A stretch of DNA of 64,000 nucleotides from Sphaerodactylus townsendi (lineage: Eukaryota), in the NCBI RefSeq assembly GCF_021028975.2, contig NC_059438.1, forward strand, positions 24,986,001-25,050,000, given 5' to 3'. The translations under genes were made by a program, and so were the position numbers. The notes below the pieces were generated by a model, which saw only the letters and a program-made list of their open reading frames with translations, was not told where the DNA came from and did no database searches. Of this stretch, positions 24,071 to 45,001 are shown piece after piece. Position 1 is the first letter of the stretch, and every line of letters begins with the position of its first letter.

Positions 24071-26639
24071 TTTCAGTGGGCAGGAGGGCAGCTCAGCGCC
24101 TTGTCCTTTTGGCGCGTAGCATCTCTTTCTAAAAGAGGGAGCAGCATTTTTACAAGGCAGGAAGCAGTGAAGTTAGCTGGTCAGGACCGCACAGGCTGAG
24201 CAACGCAAATATTTGTGATCGGGGCCATGGTGAAGGACAGCCGTACCCAAACACACACAAATAGGGCTCAGATACCTAAAGGAAGCTACATTGTAAATGG
24301 TGTTCTATTTTGAGTCCCACGGTGTCTAAATCCGGCTGCTGCACCTGTCATTTCAAGGGCCGGAGCAGGAAAGAATTCTCGCAGGGCCTAAAATAAGCCC
24401 AAATGCTTTCCTCCTTGTTGCAGATGGAAAATGCTTATAAATACGGAGCTGGGCTATTGGGATTGGGGGGGACGGGGGGGGGGGCGGCGGAGGCTGGCTG
24501 CCAGACAGTCCAGCCGGCCAAGAGCAGGAGAGTTGATACGGAGTGAATGAATGAGTTTTTTCCATTCTTGCTAAGCCGACTGGACTTGCAGAGCCACACA
24601 GTGAGGCTCGCTCTGTTATTTGCTAGTAGTGGCTGTTTGCAAGCTTTCCTACAGAGTCTCTCCTCCCCCCCACCCCGGCCCGCCCCAATCGAGAAGAAAA
24701 CATTTTGAGCCCTGTGAATGTAGATGAGGCACAGAGTTCTGTGGCAGGACTTGTCTGTTGTGGGGAGAGGAAGGGAAAAGGAGTTTGTTAAACAGCTTCG
24801 AGATACAGGAGAGAAAGGTGGGGTATAAATGCAAACTCTGCTGCCAGTTCTTGTACTTGTTCTTCTTGCATTCATAGCCTTGAGTAGGTTGCCAGAGCCG
24901 GCTCCTCCTCTTAGGTGCCCAAGCAGTCTATCTGTCCATGCCTTTGTACAGTTTTGGCAGAGGCGCTGGGACTCAGCCGAGTGCAGGAGAACTGTGTTTG
25001 AGCATTTTGGGAGGACAAGACCACTCAAACCGGCGTGGCCTCTGGCTTTATTCCACCCAAACTGTGGCTTGAACAGGCAGGCTGCGGGCAGAAATTTACG
25101 AGGCGAACTTTCCCTTCATTCCCTTCATTCCCAGGCTGTCCGGGCTGTTGACAAGAGTTGTAAAAAAGGACGGCAGGGGGGCAGAGAGGGATGGAACCTA
25201 TGATGGTCAATACACACACTCCTGAGTCCATCAGTTCCTGACAGCCAAAGAAATTAACTCGGAGTAACAATTGTTTTTCTTTTCTTTTTACACCACAGTG
25301 TTGAAATGTCAATGTCCATTTTTTAGTGATTCTGTGAGTGAATCACTTCCAAAACATACCATTATTAACTGGCCTTGCAAACGGAGGGGAAGACCAACGC
25401 GTCCCTGTCCGAGTCCTCTTTCCCTTCCTCCTTCCTGCCGCCTTCAACTCTTCCTGTCATCCTGTTGCCTTCTCAAGATGTAGTCATGTTAGCCTTCTGA
25501 TTTTGATTTCAGATGAAAACATGAGTAGTTTCTAGGTGCTTTTCTTGCAGAGGGGAGGCTGGACTTGCGCCGAAAGGGGGGAGGGGTGGCCTTCTTTGAA
25601 GTGTTGGGGGTCTACGAGTCCCCCGTCCCGACACTGAAATTTCATAAAATTGTAGATATTTTTTGAGAACCCACTACTGGATTACAGCAAATGATTTTTA
25701 AAGTTGGAGAGAGGAAAATGCAGATTGCCTCCAAACACCTTGCTCTCTTTGTCCTTGGAACTCTGCATATGGTCAGAGGCACTTCCTTACCACTTCACCA
25801 GGTGAACTCTGGTGTCAAGAATACTGAGGAATCTAGCCATTTAAGACCTGGACCAGCCTGGACAAAACAGACCCTGTTAACAAAGTCAACAGAACTTATT
25901 TAATTCATTTGCATCTTGCCTTCTCTTCAATTGCTTTGGGAACCCAAAGCAACAGACATGATTCTCCTCTCCTCCTTTTATCCTTACAACACCCCTGTGA
26001 AGCAGGTTGGGCTGAAAGTTTACCCAGAGAGCTTCCACTACATAACTTGGGATTCAAACCTGGGTCTTTTGGACACCAGTGTGATACTCTTAAATCACTT
26101 TACCCCGCTGGTTCTCAACTTAGGCTGGAGAAAGTGGCCTTCTTTTTGAACCCCATTTTATGATCTTTTCGTTTTACACGTTGCCAATAATACCTGGCCT
26201 GGCCTGACATGTCTGAACATACGAGAGGTGGTGTCGATGCTGGCCAGGACACCTTGCTGTTCACACCTGACCTCTTCCTCCCATGACAAATGGGAAAATA
26301 GTGCTGGTTCCCCCCCCCCCCCCGCCCCCAGAATTAGCCTGTATAAATAGTGCCTGCTTCTGGCCAGGCCACATTTCTCGGGTGATGACACCAAAAGAAG
26401 CAAAAATAGTGACTGCCTTTCTATCTATACCCTCCTGGCTGGCCCTCGGCTTTCTATCTTTAGTCCGCTGGCAAGCTTCTTTGGAACCCTGCGTGCCGAC
26501 TTCCAGGGTTCCGTGAGCACAGCGGATGGCAGGCAGGAGGCAAAACAACTCCCCGGCTGATACTGTGCTAGGGGTCGGGGTGTGGGGGAGATCTGAGCCG
26601 GATGGCAGAGGGTAGCCCACAAATCCTAGGGTAATTTCC

Positions 26640-26863
26640 TCTCCGGGAGGGGGTTCTTATTGATAGTTTTAATGCTGGACGCCATATGGTTTATACGGAA
26701 TGCTGTAATTTTATGTAACTTCTATATTTAATAATGTTATTGATTTTAAATGATATTGTTATTGCCACATTGTTGATAATATTTGTTGTTCACCGCCCAG
26801 AGCCCTTAGGGGATAGGGCAGTTTATAAATGCAATAATAAAATAAATAAATAAATAAATAAAT
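26640..26863 (+). mobile_element. L2-like LINE 3' end
   Basis: CACCGCCCAGAGCCC...GGGCAGTTTATAAAT plus (AAAT)n tail; similar stubs at 36930-36990 and 48361-48434 (TSD GAGAATTA). Confidence 0.55.
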
Positions 26864-27039
26864 GATGAGACTGGATTTTCCATATGCTGGCTTTTCTTGT
26901 GGATAGAGCAAGATCTGGGGCATGATAGTCCCCTTTGGAAGAATTTGCAAGGACCATAGGCAGCAGGTAGCTGGCTATACTTACTGTCCTGAGCATAGGC
27001 CATCGTCTCTTAGTTTTTAACACATGCTCCAGTCCCCCA

Positions 27040-27199
27040 GTGTAACAGTGTAACACACTTTTCTCTGTGATACACCTCTGAAGATGTCAGCCACAGATGC
27101 TGGAGAAACGTTAGGAACAAAATCCACCAGACCACGGCCACACAGCCTGGAAAGCCCACAACAACCAGTTGAGTCTGGCCATGAAAGCCTTTGACAATA
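27040..27199 (+). mobile_element. Diverged PLE terminal repeat with a decayed hammerhead
   Basis: CCTCTGAAGATGTCAGCCACAGATGCTGGAGAAACGTTAGG (27075-27115), then the same tail ending GAAAGCCTTTGACAATA. Confidence 0.7.
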
Positions 27200-27267
27200 C
27201 ATGGAGAAGTTTGCTTTCTGCTGCTCTGGAGATTAGGACATGGAGTAATGGATTCAACCACAGAAAA

Positions 27268-27478
27268 AGAGATTCCACCTAAACATGAGGAAGAATTTTC
27301 TGACAGTAACGGCTGTTTGACAGTGGAATGCGTTACCTCGGAGGGTGGTGGAGTCTCCTTTGGAGGTTTTTAAACAGAGGCTGGATGACCATTGGTCAGG
27401 AGTGCTTTGATTTTGTATTTTGGCATAGCAGGGGGTTGGACTAGATGGCCATGGTGGTCTCTTCCAACCCTGATTCTA
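27268..27478 (+). mobile_element. CR1 LINE 3' end
   Basis: RFHLNMRKNFLTV...WNALPRRVV-like ORF2 end, followed by GGGGTTGGACTAGATG...TTCCAACCCTGATTCTA. Confidence 0.7.
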
Positions 27479-28155
27479 AAATGGCTGAGGGAGGGAAGAA
27501 TTGTGTATACTGGCTTGAGCTACATGACAGAACGGAGGATAAAATATAATGTACAAACTCTGACTTGTCTCAGTCAGTGGTTTTAATTAATTCATTTTGC
27601 ATTGTGTGGAGAGTTCTGGAAAACTCAAAAGCCTGCCTTTGTCCTAATAAAAACATTAACATAGCTTTTGTTTTTGTCAGTTTTTGCTTTGAGCACTCAC
27701 AGCTGCCGGCATCTTCTGTCTAAACAAGAGCCAGGACAGGCAGTTCCAACTCCCAGATAAAAGGCCAGGGGGGAATATTGTTTTCTGTGGAACCTGCAGC
27801 CACTGAGCTCCCTCTAGCGTCTTCACTGCGGAACAATCTCTGCTCCCTTGAGAGCCACTGATGCCGGCAGGAAGTCTGATCCTTTGGGTACATGTCGAGG
27901 ACACAACTGAAGTGACCCCAGTGTGGGGACGGCCTGGAGTGACAGGTCTTGTCCTGCATTAACCCCTTGCTGACAGTCATGTGGAACATGGTGAGCATCT
28001 TCACATTCACCAGATGTTCACAAGATTCCTTATTTGTTTCTGGATGGTTTCCAACTTTCCATGATTAATCTGCAGGGGGTCAATCTTTAGATTTGCAGAT
28101 GCCCCTAGTGAGTTTCTTCTTTCATAGCCAATCTGCAATTCTTTAAACCATCCAG

Positions 28156-28427
28156 GAGCAGCAGTGGCGTAGGAGGTTAAGAGCTTGTGTATCTAATCTG
28201 GAGGAACCGGGTTTGATTCCCAGCTCTGCCGCCTGAGCTGTGGAGGCTTATCTGGGGAATTCAGATTAGCCTGTGCACTCCCACACACGCCAGCTGGGTG
28301 ACCTTGGGCTAGTCACAGCTTCTTGGAGCTCTCTCAGCCCCACCTACCTCACAGGGTGTTTGTTGTGAGGGGGGGAAGGGCAAGGAGATTGTAAGCCCCT
28401 TTGAGTCTCTTCTTCTTCTTCTTCTTC
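28156..28427 (+). mobile_element. Squam3-like SINE, young subfamily
   Basis: GAGCAGCAGTGGCGTAGGAGGTTAAGAGC head; near-identical to 39931-40241(-), 53931-54235 and 57822-58147. Confidence 0.8.
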
Positions 28428-31325
28428 ATCCAGCTTCCTGTTGTGTTTGCCGGCTGGCTGGAATAGAGGGGAGGAAACGTGGTCCAGCTCTTGTCGCGAA
28501 TGCTGTGAGACCCCCAGGCAGGGGGCAGGGGGCCTGATTCTCTGTCCATCAGCACACTGGCCTTGCAGCACAAGCATTAGCAGCTCTCAGAACTGCACGT
28601 GAGAAAAGGAGCGGGGCCCAAACTGCTCCTGACGCTTGCTGGCATGAAGCGCTGCCCAGTCTCTGCCAACGCCAACTTATAGCAAGCCCTCGAAGTTGTC
28701 AAAGCCAGAGGTGGTTTGCTATTGGCTGTCTCTGTGTGGCAACCCTGGACTTCCTTGGCGGTGTCCTGTCCTGTCCAAGTCCAAACCGGGGCCAGCACTG
28801 CTAAGCTTCCGAGATTGGCCTTTCCCAGGCTACCCAGGTCAGGGAATATTTCCCAATAGCCCCCTCCCCCCCATAGTGCAGGCAGCAAAACTGATGGCAA
28901 TCCACTGGTTTTCACCTAAACAGCAGCAACAGAAATCACCTACTTCGGGAGATCTTTCCAGAACAGCCGGCGTGGTGTAGTGGTTATGAGTAGGTGGACT
29001 CTAATGTAAAGAACAAGGTTTGATTCCCCACTCCTCCACATAAAGCCTGCTAGGTGATCTTGGGTCAGTCACAGTTCTCTGAAAACTCTCTCAGCCCCAC
29101 CTGCCCCACAAGGTCTGTTGTGGGGAGAGGAAGGGAAGGGACCTTTGAGGATCATCTAGTCCAGGGGTCTGCAACCTGCGGCTCTCCAGATGTTGATGGA
29201 CTACAAATCCCATCAGCCCCTGCCAGCATGGCCAATTGGCTGGGGCTGATGGGAATTGTAGTCCAACACCTTGAACAACATAGGAAATTCCCAGCTACCT
29301 CCTCCTCCCTCCCTTGTAGGCCCAGCTCTTTGCGCCCCCCCCCCAATTCCTTGTGATGAAAGACCCTGTGTTTGCGAGTGAGAGCTTCCGACAGCCTCTC
29401 TTTTCCCATTTCTAACATCCGCTCCAGCAGAAGAACTCCTGTGCTTTGAGACCCTGGACAGGTGTGTGCAGGCTCCTGGAGGCACACCTGAGATTTGGGT
29501 CTGGCCTGTAATGAGAGTGGGGGTGGGGGTGGGCCTTGTCTATGCCATTGTTGGGGAAGGAGCCCTCCAGTGGCCAAAGCATTGACTGCAGAAAATGTAT
29601 GTCCGACTTCAACAGGGGCACACCTTGCTGCTTTGACGACTGCTCCGTCCCATAAGAGGATGAAGGGTTGTTCCACACAGTGCAAGAATTCACCTGGGTT
29701 GGTCCTGGAATGTGCAGGAGTCGGCAGAATCCATGTCACCTGTTCACGGACTGGATCCTACGATACATGTCCATTATGACGCTCCCTGAGCAAAGAGCTG
29801 CAAGCAAAGTGGGGGTGGGGTGGGGGTGGACTGCTTCTTGCTTGCTCCACGGATGCCTTTTCAATTCTGCTGCCCTATCTGGAAACTGCAGTTTGGGGCA
29901 AGAATTGAAGTCTGGTGAGGAATAAGTGAAAGGGTATCTCTGTCAGCAATTCCTTCCTGCCCTCTCCAGTTCCCAAGTGACTTGTGGGGGGGGGGGGGGC
30001 GACACATATGTGAGCCTTCACACCAGCCCTGATTTCCAGAGAGTATTCGTTTATTTAAAACAACATCCAGGAATTGACAGTACTCGGTTTATATCCTTTT
30101 TCGGGGGGAAAAAGAGGCAAAGGCAAACACTTTCCCAAGAGTAGGAAAGCATGCCCCTCCTTTGACTGAAAAAGGCTAGAATACATGCCGCTGCCCAACC
30201 ACCCACCCCCACCCCACACACCTCACACCTGTATAGAAGGAAGGGAAGGCAAAGAAGCCGGCAAGGCACAGAGCCCTTAAGAAACTGGGAGGGGAGGTTG
30301 GGGGGGTGGAGAGAGCAAAAGCAGATCCCAGGAACAGAACAGACTGATACATTCACTCTCTGCTGCTGCTCCCTGCCTTGGTTCCTACTCTGTGCAGCTG
30401 ACCTCTCAAGCAAGGAGCTTCTCAGAGCCACTTGGCAGAAAGGACCAGGCAGGATTGATGCACAAGGCCCTCTAGGCAGAGGTCCCCAGTCCCCTCGATC
30501 ACGGCAGGGAAGGAACGCCAGACCAGTCCCTCTGAGAGCAGAGGCCTCCAGCAAAGGGCCGAAGCAGCCCTGCTCACAGGGGTTGGCCCTCTCAAAGGGA
30601 TGGCTGTTGGAAAGGTGGAAGTGGGACCCAGCTGAAATACCTGCCCACCAGGTGGGAGTCCACGGTCTGGGAGGGTGCAGAGACGGTGGGTGTGTACTTG
30701 GCGAGTGAGAATCGTTTGCAAAGGTCACTTACGGGTGCGTGGAAATCCAAGGCAGGGAACGAAGCTGCTGGCAAAGGGGGCCAGGGGATGCCTCCCGCCC
30801 TCTGAAAAGCAGCCTGACCCCTCATCCCGTCAGTGGGGGCTACAGGAGGAGGAGAGCCAGGCCACGCCTCCCTCCACACACACAGGCAGCTGTGCAGATG
30901 AGGACCCCGTCCCTTTTAAGAGTGCCCACTAGCTCACACTCATAACAGCCACGCTAGAACTAGTTTACAAGGATCCGGGATCCAGTTCCTCCCACCACCA
31001 CCATCACCACCACTCCCACTACTCCCCCACACAGACGAACGGGACAGGAGGCCAGGAGTGAAAGGAGAATCTCTAGGGGAAAAAAAAATCCAACCCAGCA
31101 AAATTGCCCCCCAAGCCGAGGCAAGCCGGCTCCTGTCCATGCTGAAAAAGAGAGGAGATGCGCTGCTGTCCCCCCACGAGGAGGCGTTCAGTGGCAGTCT
31201 CACAACATGCCCACGGAATGAGGGACCAGTCCAAAGAGGAGGAGGGAGCCGGGAGTCTCCTGCAGAGGCCCCACAAATCATAGCTGGCCAAGGCTGAAGC
31301 AACAGTTCCCGGTAGCAGGAGGGGG

Positions 31326-40471
<9,146 letters not shown>

Positions 40472-41346
40472 CCTGGCCGGAGTCTCTGCCTGCGTCCCTT
40501 ACCAGGACTTCCGCGTTCATGCCACTTCCGGATCGTCTCGGACATGACGTCGCTCCGTCGGCTTCTTCAAAGGAAGGGACGACGCGCGCGCATCCGTGGT
40601 GGTTCGAGTCTCTGGCGGGTGCTATAGCAACAAAGGGACCGGAAGAGGACCTGTCAGACGTCGGGGGAGGGGGCGCCTCTTCTCCGTGTTTTCTTCCGGG
40701 AGAAGAAAGCCGGAAGGCACATGCGCCGAGCGCGGTGCCCATCCTTCTCCCCCACCCCGAGAAGCCGCTGAAAATCTACGAGCCCCGCCGGAGCGGCTCC
40801 CAAGCGGACACCGACGGAGGAAGCCTGGCCTGTGCTGCCGGGAAGGGCTCCGAGGACGCAGCCTGCCAGTTTCCCAGGCTCAGACTACAGCTGCAGGGAA
40901 AGGAGCTGCTACATAATACGCCCCACTCCGGGGACACCCCCCCCCCCCATACACACACACACCCGCACCCATCATGGCTCAGCACAAGGCTCCCTGGCTC
41001 AGTTTCTCTGTCCAGCTCTTCCCGGTTCGAGTTAATTCCGTGGGAAGGAGCCCCGTGATCCTAAAGGGGATCCAGGGTGGTACAGCCTCCCCCCCCCCCC
41101 CCCCCCCCCCCCCCACAACCATTCGGGTCTCCCACCCTTGAGGGTCCACAGACTATCCGGATGAAGAGAGAGAAGGCTGGGTGTATCCAGGGTCTTCCTT
41201 GAGCTGAAGCCCCTCCTGGGACAGCAGCCTGTGGTGTGCATCTTCTTTGATGATGATGGTGCTGGTTGGTGCTGAGTCACAAAAGGGCCCAGGCAGTGCA
41301 ACAAGATGTACCAGGGCCAGGGGGGGCCAGGACTGTTGGCTCATCT

Positions 41347-43265
41347 ATGGGGCGGTCTCAAAGCAAGCATGAAGACCCGGCAGGAGGTAAAGCATTCTCA
41401 TTCCTCTTAACAAAGGGTTGCTGTAGAACACAGGTGTCAAACTTGCGGCCCTCCAGATGTTATGGACTACAGTTCCCATCATCCCTGCCAGCATCATGCT
41501 GGCAGGGGATGATGGGAACTGTAGTCCATAACATCTGGAGGGTCACGAGTTTGACACCTATGCTGTAGAAAGATAAAGCTGCCAGGAGCAGGATGGGGCC
41601 AAGCCAGGGGAAAGCTTTCATGGGCAGGACCTTTGGGTTTGTTGGGCAGCTTCCATTCCAAGCAGGGCTCAGGTTGAAATCTTAACCCTAACACCCCAAA
41701 CATTTCTCATCCAGGAGTTGGCAGCCAGAGCTCTTGGATCACCCCAGTTCTGTTGAGTCCATCAGCTGCATAAGCCCTCTAATGAGTGATGGAGTTTCCC
41801 CTACATTCCGAAGGGTAATCCAAATGCTGTTGACAGACTACATAAAATAAACATGTGAGCAACTACAAAGAGTTCAGCTCAGCCTCTTAAAAGCATGGCT
41901 GGAAATGAGCTACCATCAGGCCTTTAAGAAAGGACTAATGGAGAAAGCCCAAACCTGGAAGGCCCAGGCTAGCCTGACCTCATCTCATTTTGGAAGCTAA
42001 CCAGGGTAAGTCAGCCCTGGTTAATACTTAGACGGGAGACCACCAAGGAAGTCCATGGTTGCCATGCCAAGGCATGCAATGACAAACCACCTCTGACTGT
42101 GTCCTGCCTTGAAAATCCCTCAGGGTTTCTGTAAGTCAGCTTGACCTGACTGCACTTTCTGCCACCACCAGTGGAACAAAGATCTATAAACAACCAGATG
42201 CCCTCCTGGGACCATGTAACCGGGAGGGCTTGGGGGTTTTCCTGGGACCTTCCTGGATGCTTCTCTAGAAAAATCCTGGGTCTGCTACAGCTCTTCTGTT
42301 CCAACTGACTGCTGGTCCTTTGCAAAGGTTGCTGCAAGAGCACCGCACAAGAGGAAGGAGGTGAGTCTTCTCTTTTCTTTCTGGTCTTTGTTTTTCTCAA
42401 GTGTGCGCATGTTCACACAGGCATAGATACTGGCAAGATAAAAGATCCCAAGATTCCACAAGTCAAACCGGAGCAGAATGCACACGCTCACCAAGGCATG
42501 GGCCATCCCTCAACATCCAGATCACCAAGGAAGTCACTGGTTCATTCTAATGTAGAAGGTATGTGTTATTTCCAGAAGGGCTTTTTGCAAGTTAAGCTCC
42601 CTCTTTGAAGACCGCTTGAACAGTTCAAAAAGTACAAGGAGGAAGTTATTGCTTTCCAGGGCCATTGAGAATACATGAAGCAGCTTCCAGGCTGTGGCTT
42701 AGTGCTAGAGCATCTGCCTGGCACATAAAGTTCTAGGTTCAATCACCTGCATCTACAGTTAGAAAAACCTCACCCCAACACCCTGGAGAGGTGCAGCCAG
42801 TCTTGAGTAAACAGTATTGACTTTGATGGACCAATGACCTGATTCAGTATGAGGCAGCTTTCTATCCAACCTTCTCATGTGTGGAATCGGGGGTGTGTGT
42901 GTGTTTGTGTGAGGTGGAGGGCTTCACCTTCAGCCATGAAGTCCAGATATCCTAGTGGGAGGTACAGATGAACAGAAGCAGATCCCTGAGATGGCATGCA
43001 GGACTGGGATCTGTTTCCCTGTTGGCAGATGTGCGTTTACCTGTCCCCCTTTCTTGCAGCACCTGATAAACAAGGAAAGAGGAAAAGGACTGTTCCCAAA
43101 ATTGTGGTCAGTGGGCCCTCCAACGAACATCTGGCAACCACCACCATTGACGACGAACTTCCTGAGACTAAAACCATCCGGGATTCAGAAGACTACGGCC
43201 CCTATACGGTGCACTCAAAACCCAGCACAATAGATGCTTATAGAACCACCACAGAAAAGCAGTGA
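41347..43265 (+). CDS. SPATA33: Spermatogenesis-associated protein 33 (about 127 aa)
   Basis: Exons 41347-41386 (MGRSQSKHEDPAG), 42421-42558 and 43060-43265. The last exon encodes VPKIVVSGPSNE...TIRDSEDYGPYTVHSKPSTIDAY, matching the recalled SPATA33 C-terminus (PQIIITRASNE...TIRE..DWGPY..H.NPST.DAY). Syntenic between CHMP1A and CDK10; AATAAA at 43481. The middle exon is less certain. Confidence 0.85.
41429..41562. mobile_element. Palindromic hAT MITE
   Basis: Near-perfect inverted repeat; TSD CTGTAGAA at 41421-41428 and 41563-41570. Confidence 0.8.
41972..42170 (+). mobile_element. 5S rRNA-derived SINE (SINE3, 5S-Sauria-like)
   Basis: GCCTGACCTCATCTCATTTTGGAAGCTAACCAGGG...CCTGGTTAATACTTAGACGGGAGACCACCAAGGAA resembles 5S rRNA across boxes A and C, followed by a Sauria/RTE-like tail. 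Confidence 0.7.
42690..42860 (+). mobile_element. tRNA-headed SINE with CR1-like tail (related pieces at about 11940-12170 and 48990-49170)
   Basis: GTGGCTTAGTGCTAGAGC...GGTTCAATC head; GATGGACCAATGACCTGATTCAGTATGAGGCAGCTT end. Confidence 0.55.
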
Positions 43266-44050
43266 GTGAGCACACCAGAATGTTAGCCATGCTGATGGTG
43301 GCAGGTGCCACTAAAGAAAGCTAGAAGCACAGTCCTCGTCCCCTCTTAATAAATGGGAGTCCATCCCAATGAATCCTTTCCTGGTAAAACTGTCCCCACC
43401 ACGACTGCTGCGTGTGCAGAGGGAGGGGCGGGGGCAGAGCTTCGCCAGATGTAAATGTGGGGGCAGGATATTCACTTCCAAATAAATATGTTTAGTAAAT
43501 GCTTTATGATTCCCGACTGATAACAAAGCCATGTTTTCATGGATGCATTCATGCAGTTGAGACAGGATATCATGACCTGGCCGTGATCTGGGCCATGTCT
43601 TAAACGGCCGACTCTTGCTTGCCTGTTGGTTTCTGTTGCTCGTTGGACACCTGCTGGCGTCTACACTTCAAAGCATTGGGAAGTATGGCTTCTTTTGCCT
43701 TCCCATGAGAATGGAGGGGTGCTGTTCCCTCCCCTGGGAACTGGTTGTGGGAGGCGGTGTCAAGCTATGTGTAAGTGGACAAGGGGTGGTGGAGTGAGGG
43801 TAAAATGGAAGCTGTTTTGGCCCCTAATTCTTAGTTCTGTCAACAGAAGTCTAAATGCTTTATCCTAATGCTGTTTTAAATAAAGGAAATAGTTTGAACA
43901 CAAAGTCCCGTTATTGAATATCCACGGGAGGCATTTCTGAGGCATTGAGGTACCATCCAGCATGCACACAACCAAGTTGCACCTAAAATTTTGCTTTGGG
44001 GAAGAAGTAAATGGATGCCGAGAAACTCGTCTATGGGGTGCCACTTTGCC

Positions 44051-44417
44051 CAGTGGTGGGATCCAAAAATTTTAGTAACAGGTTCCCATGGTGGTGGGAT
44101 TCAAACTGTGGCGTAGTGCCAATGGGGCTGGGCGTGGCGTGGCTGGGCATTCCTGGGCGGGGCTGTGGGCAGAAGCACGCAGCCGCTGCGCCGGTCCTTG
44201 GGCGGGTAACGAATGCACGCAGGCGCAGGCTGCCACGCACGCCGGTGCACCTCCTGCTAGACTGCTTCTAGTTCTGCGCGCTACTGCTGAGAGGAGGGGC
44301 GTAACTAAGGCAAAAATCACGCGGCAAAATCACCACTTAGTAACCCCCTCTCGGCACACACCAATAATTAGTAACCTACTCTCGGAACCTGTGAGAACCT
44401 GCTGGATCCCACCTCTG
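44051..44417. mobile_element. Non-autonomous hAT-type DNA transposon
   Basis: TIR CAG(T/A)GGTGGGATCCA; TSD (A/G)CTTTGCC. Confidence 0.75.
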
Positions 44418-45001
44418 GCTTTGCCCCATTTTTGGGTGCTGAATGGTGGTTAGAGGATCAAACTAGGATAAGGAAGAACCAAGTCTGCCTGGAAGCTTGC
44501 TGGGCCAGTTCTTGGGCCAGTCACGCACTCACCCTAATTTTCCTCACAGAGGCTGTTATGAGGATAAAATGGGGGACAGAAGTCAAATCAATTCAGGGAC
44601 GCAGGACTCCTGTGGGTGGGGATTTAAACCTGTCCAATGTTCTGTCTGCCTGAGCATTCATCTCCTCCATCTCCATGCACCTTTTTAAAGATGTTGCTAT
44701 AGTTATCCAGGACAGTGTGGCAAGCAAGCGCGTGAAGCCCACCTGCTTTAGGGTTAGGGTGTGTGCCGTGGCATGCCTCCAAAAGACACCCGCCTTGCAG
44801 CCGCGATCTCGCCTCCTGGAGCTAGAGGCAGCCTCATCGCCACCCATGCCTTGAGCAGGAAGGGTGCTACCCCCCACCCCAAGGCTGCCACCACCAGCGT
44901 GCTATGGTGGTTGAAGTGTCACACCTGGGGGACCCAGGTTCGAATCCCAGCTCTGCCACGGAGGCTCATTGGCCCACTGAGTGGCTGGCTAGTTGCATGT
45001 T

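Noticed and set aside
24180-24450. Possible muscle enhancer (MEF2-like and E-box sites) downstream of SNAI3
   Set aside because: The AT-rich sites do not match the YTAWWWWTAR consensus; unsupported without conservation data.
24829-25203. ORF with a signal-peptide-like start (MQTLLPVLVLVLLAF)
   Set aside because: The ATG and hydrophobic stretch derive from a SINE 3' end and its decayed (CTT)n tail.
41089-41114. Long G/C homopolymers (also at about 16863 and 47187) as G-quadruplex elements
   Set aside because: Frequent throughout the window, with lengths prone to sequencing error; nothing locus-specific.
41972-42060. 5S rRNA gene
   Set aside because: Diverged, has an insertion, lacks the 5' end and is fused to a SINE tail.
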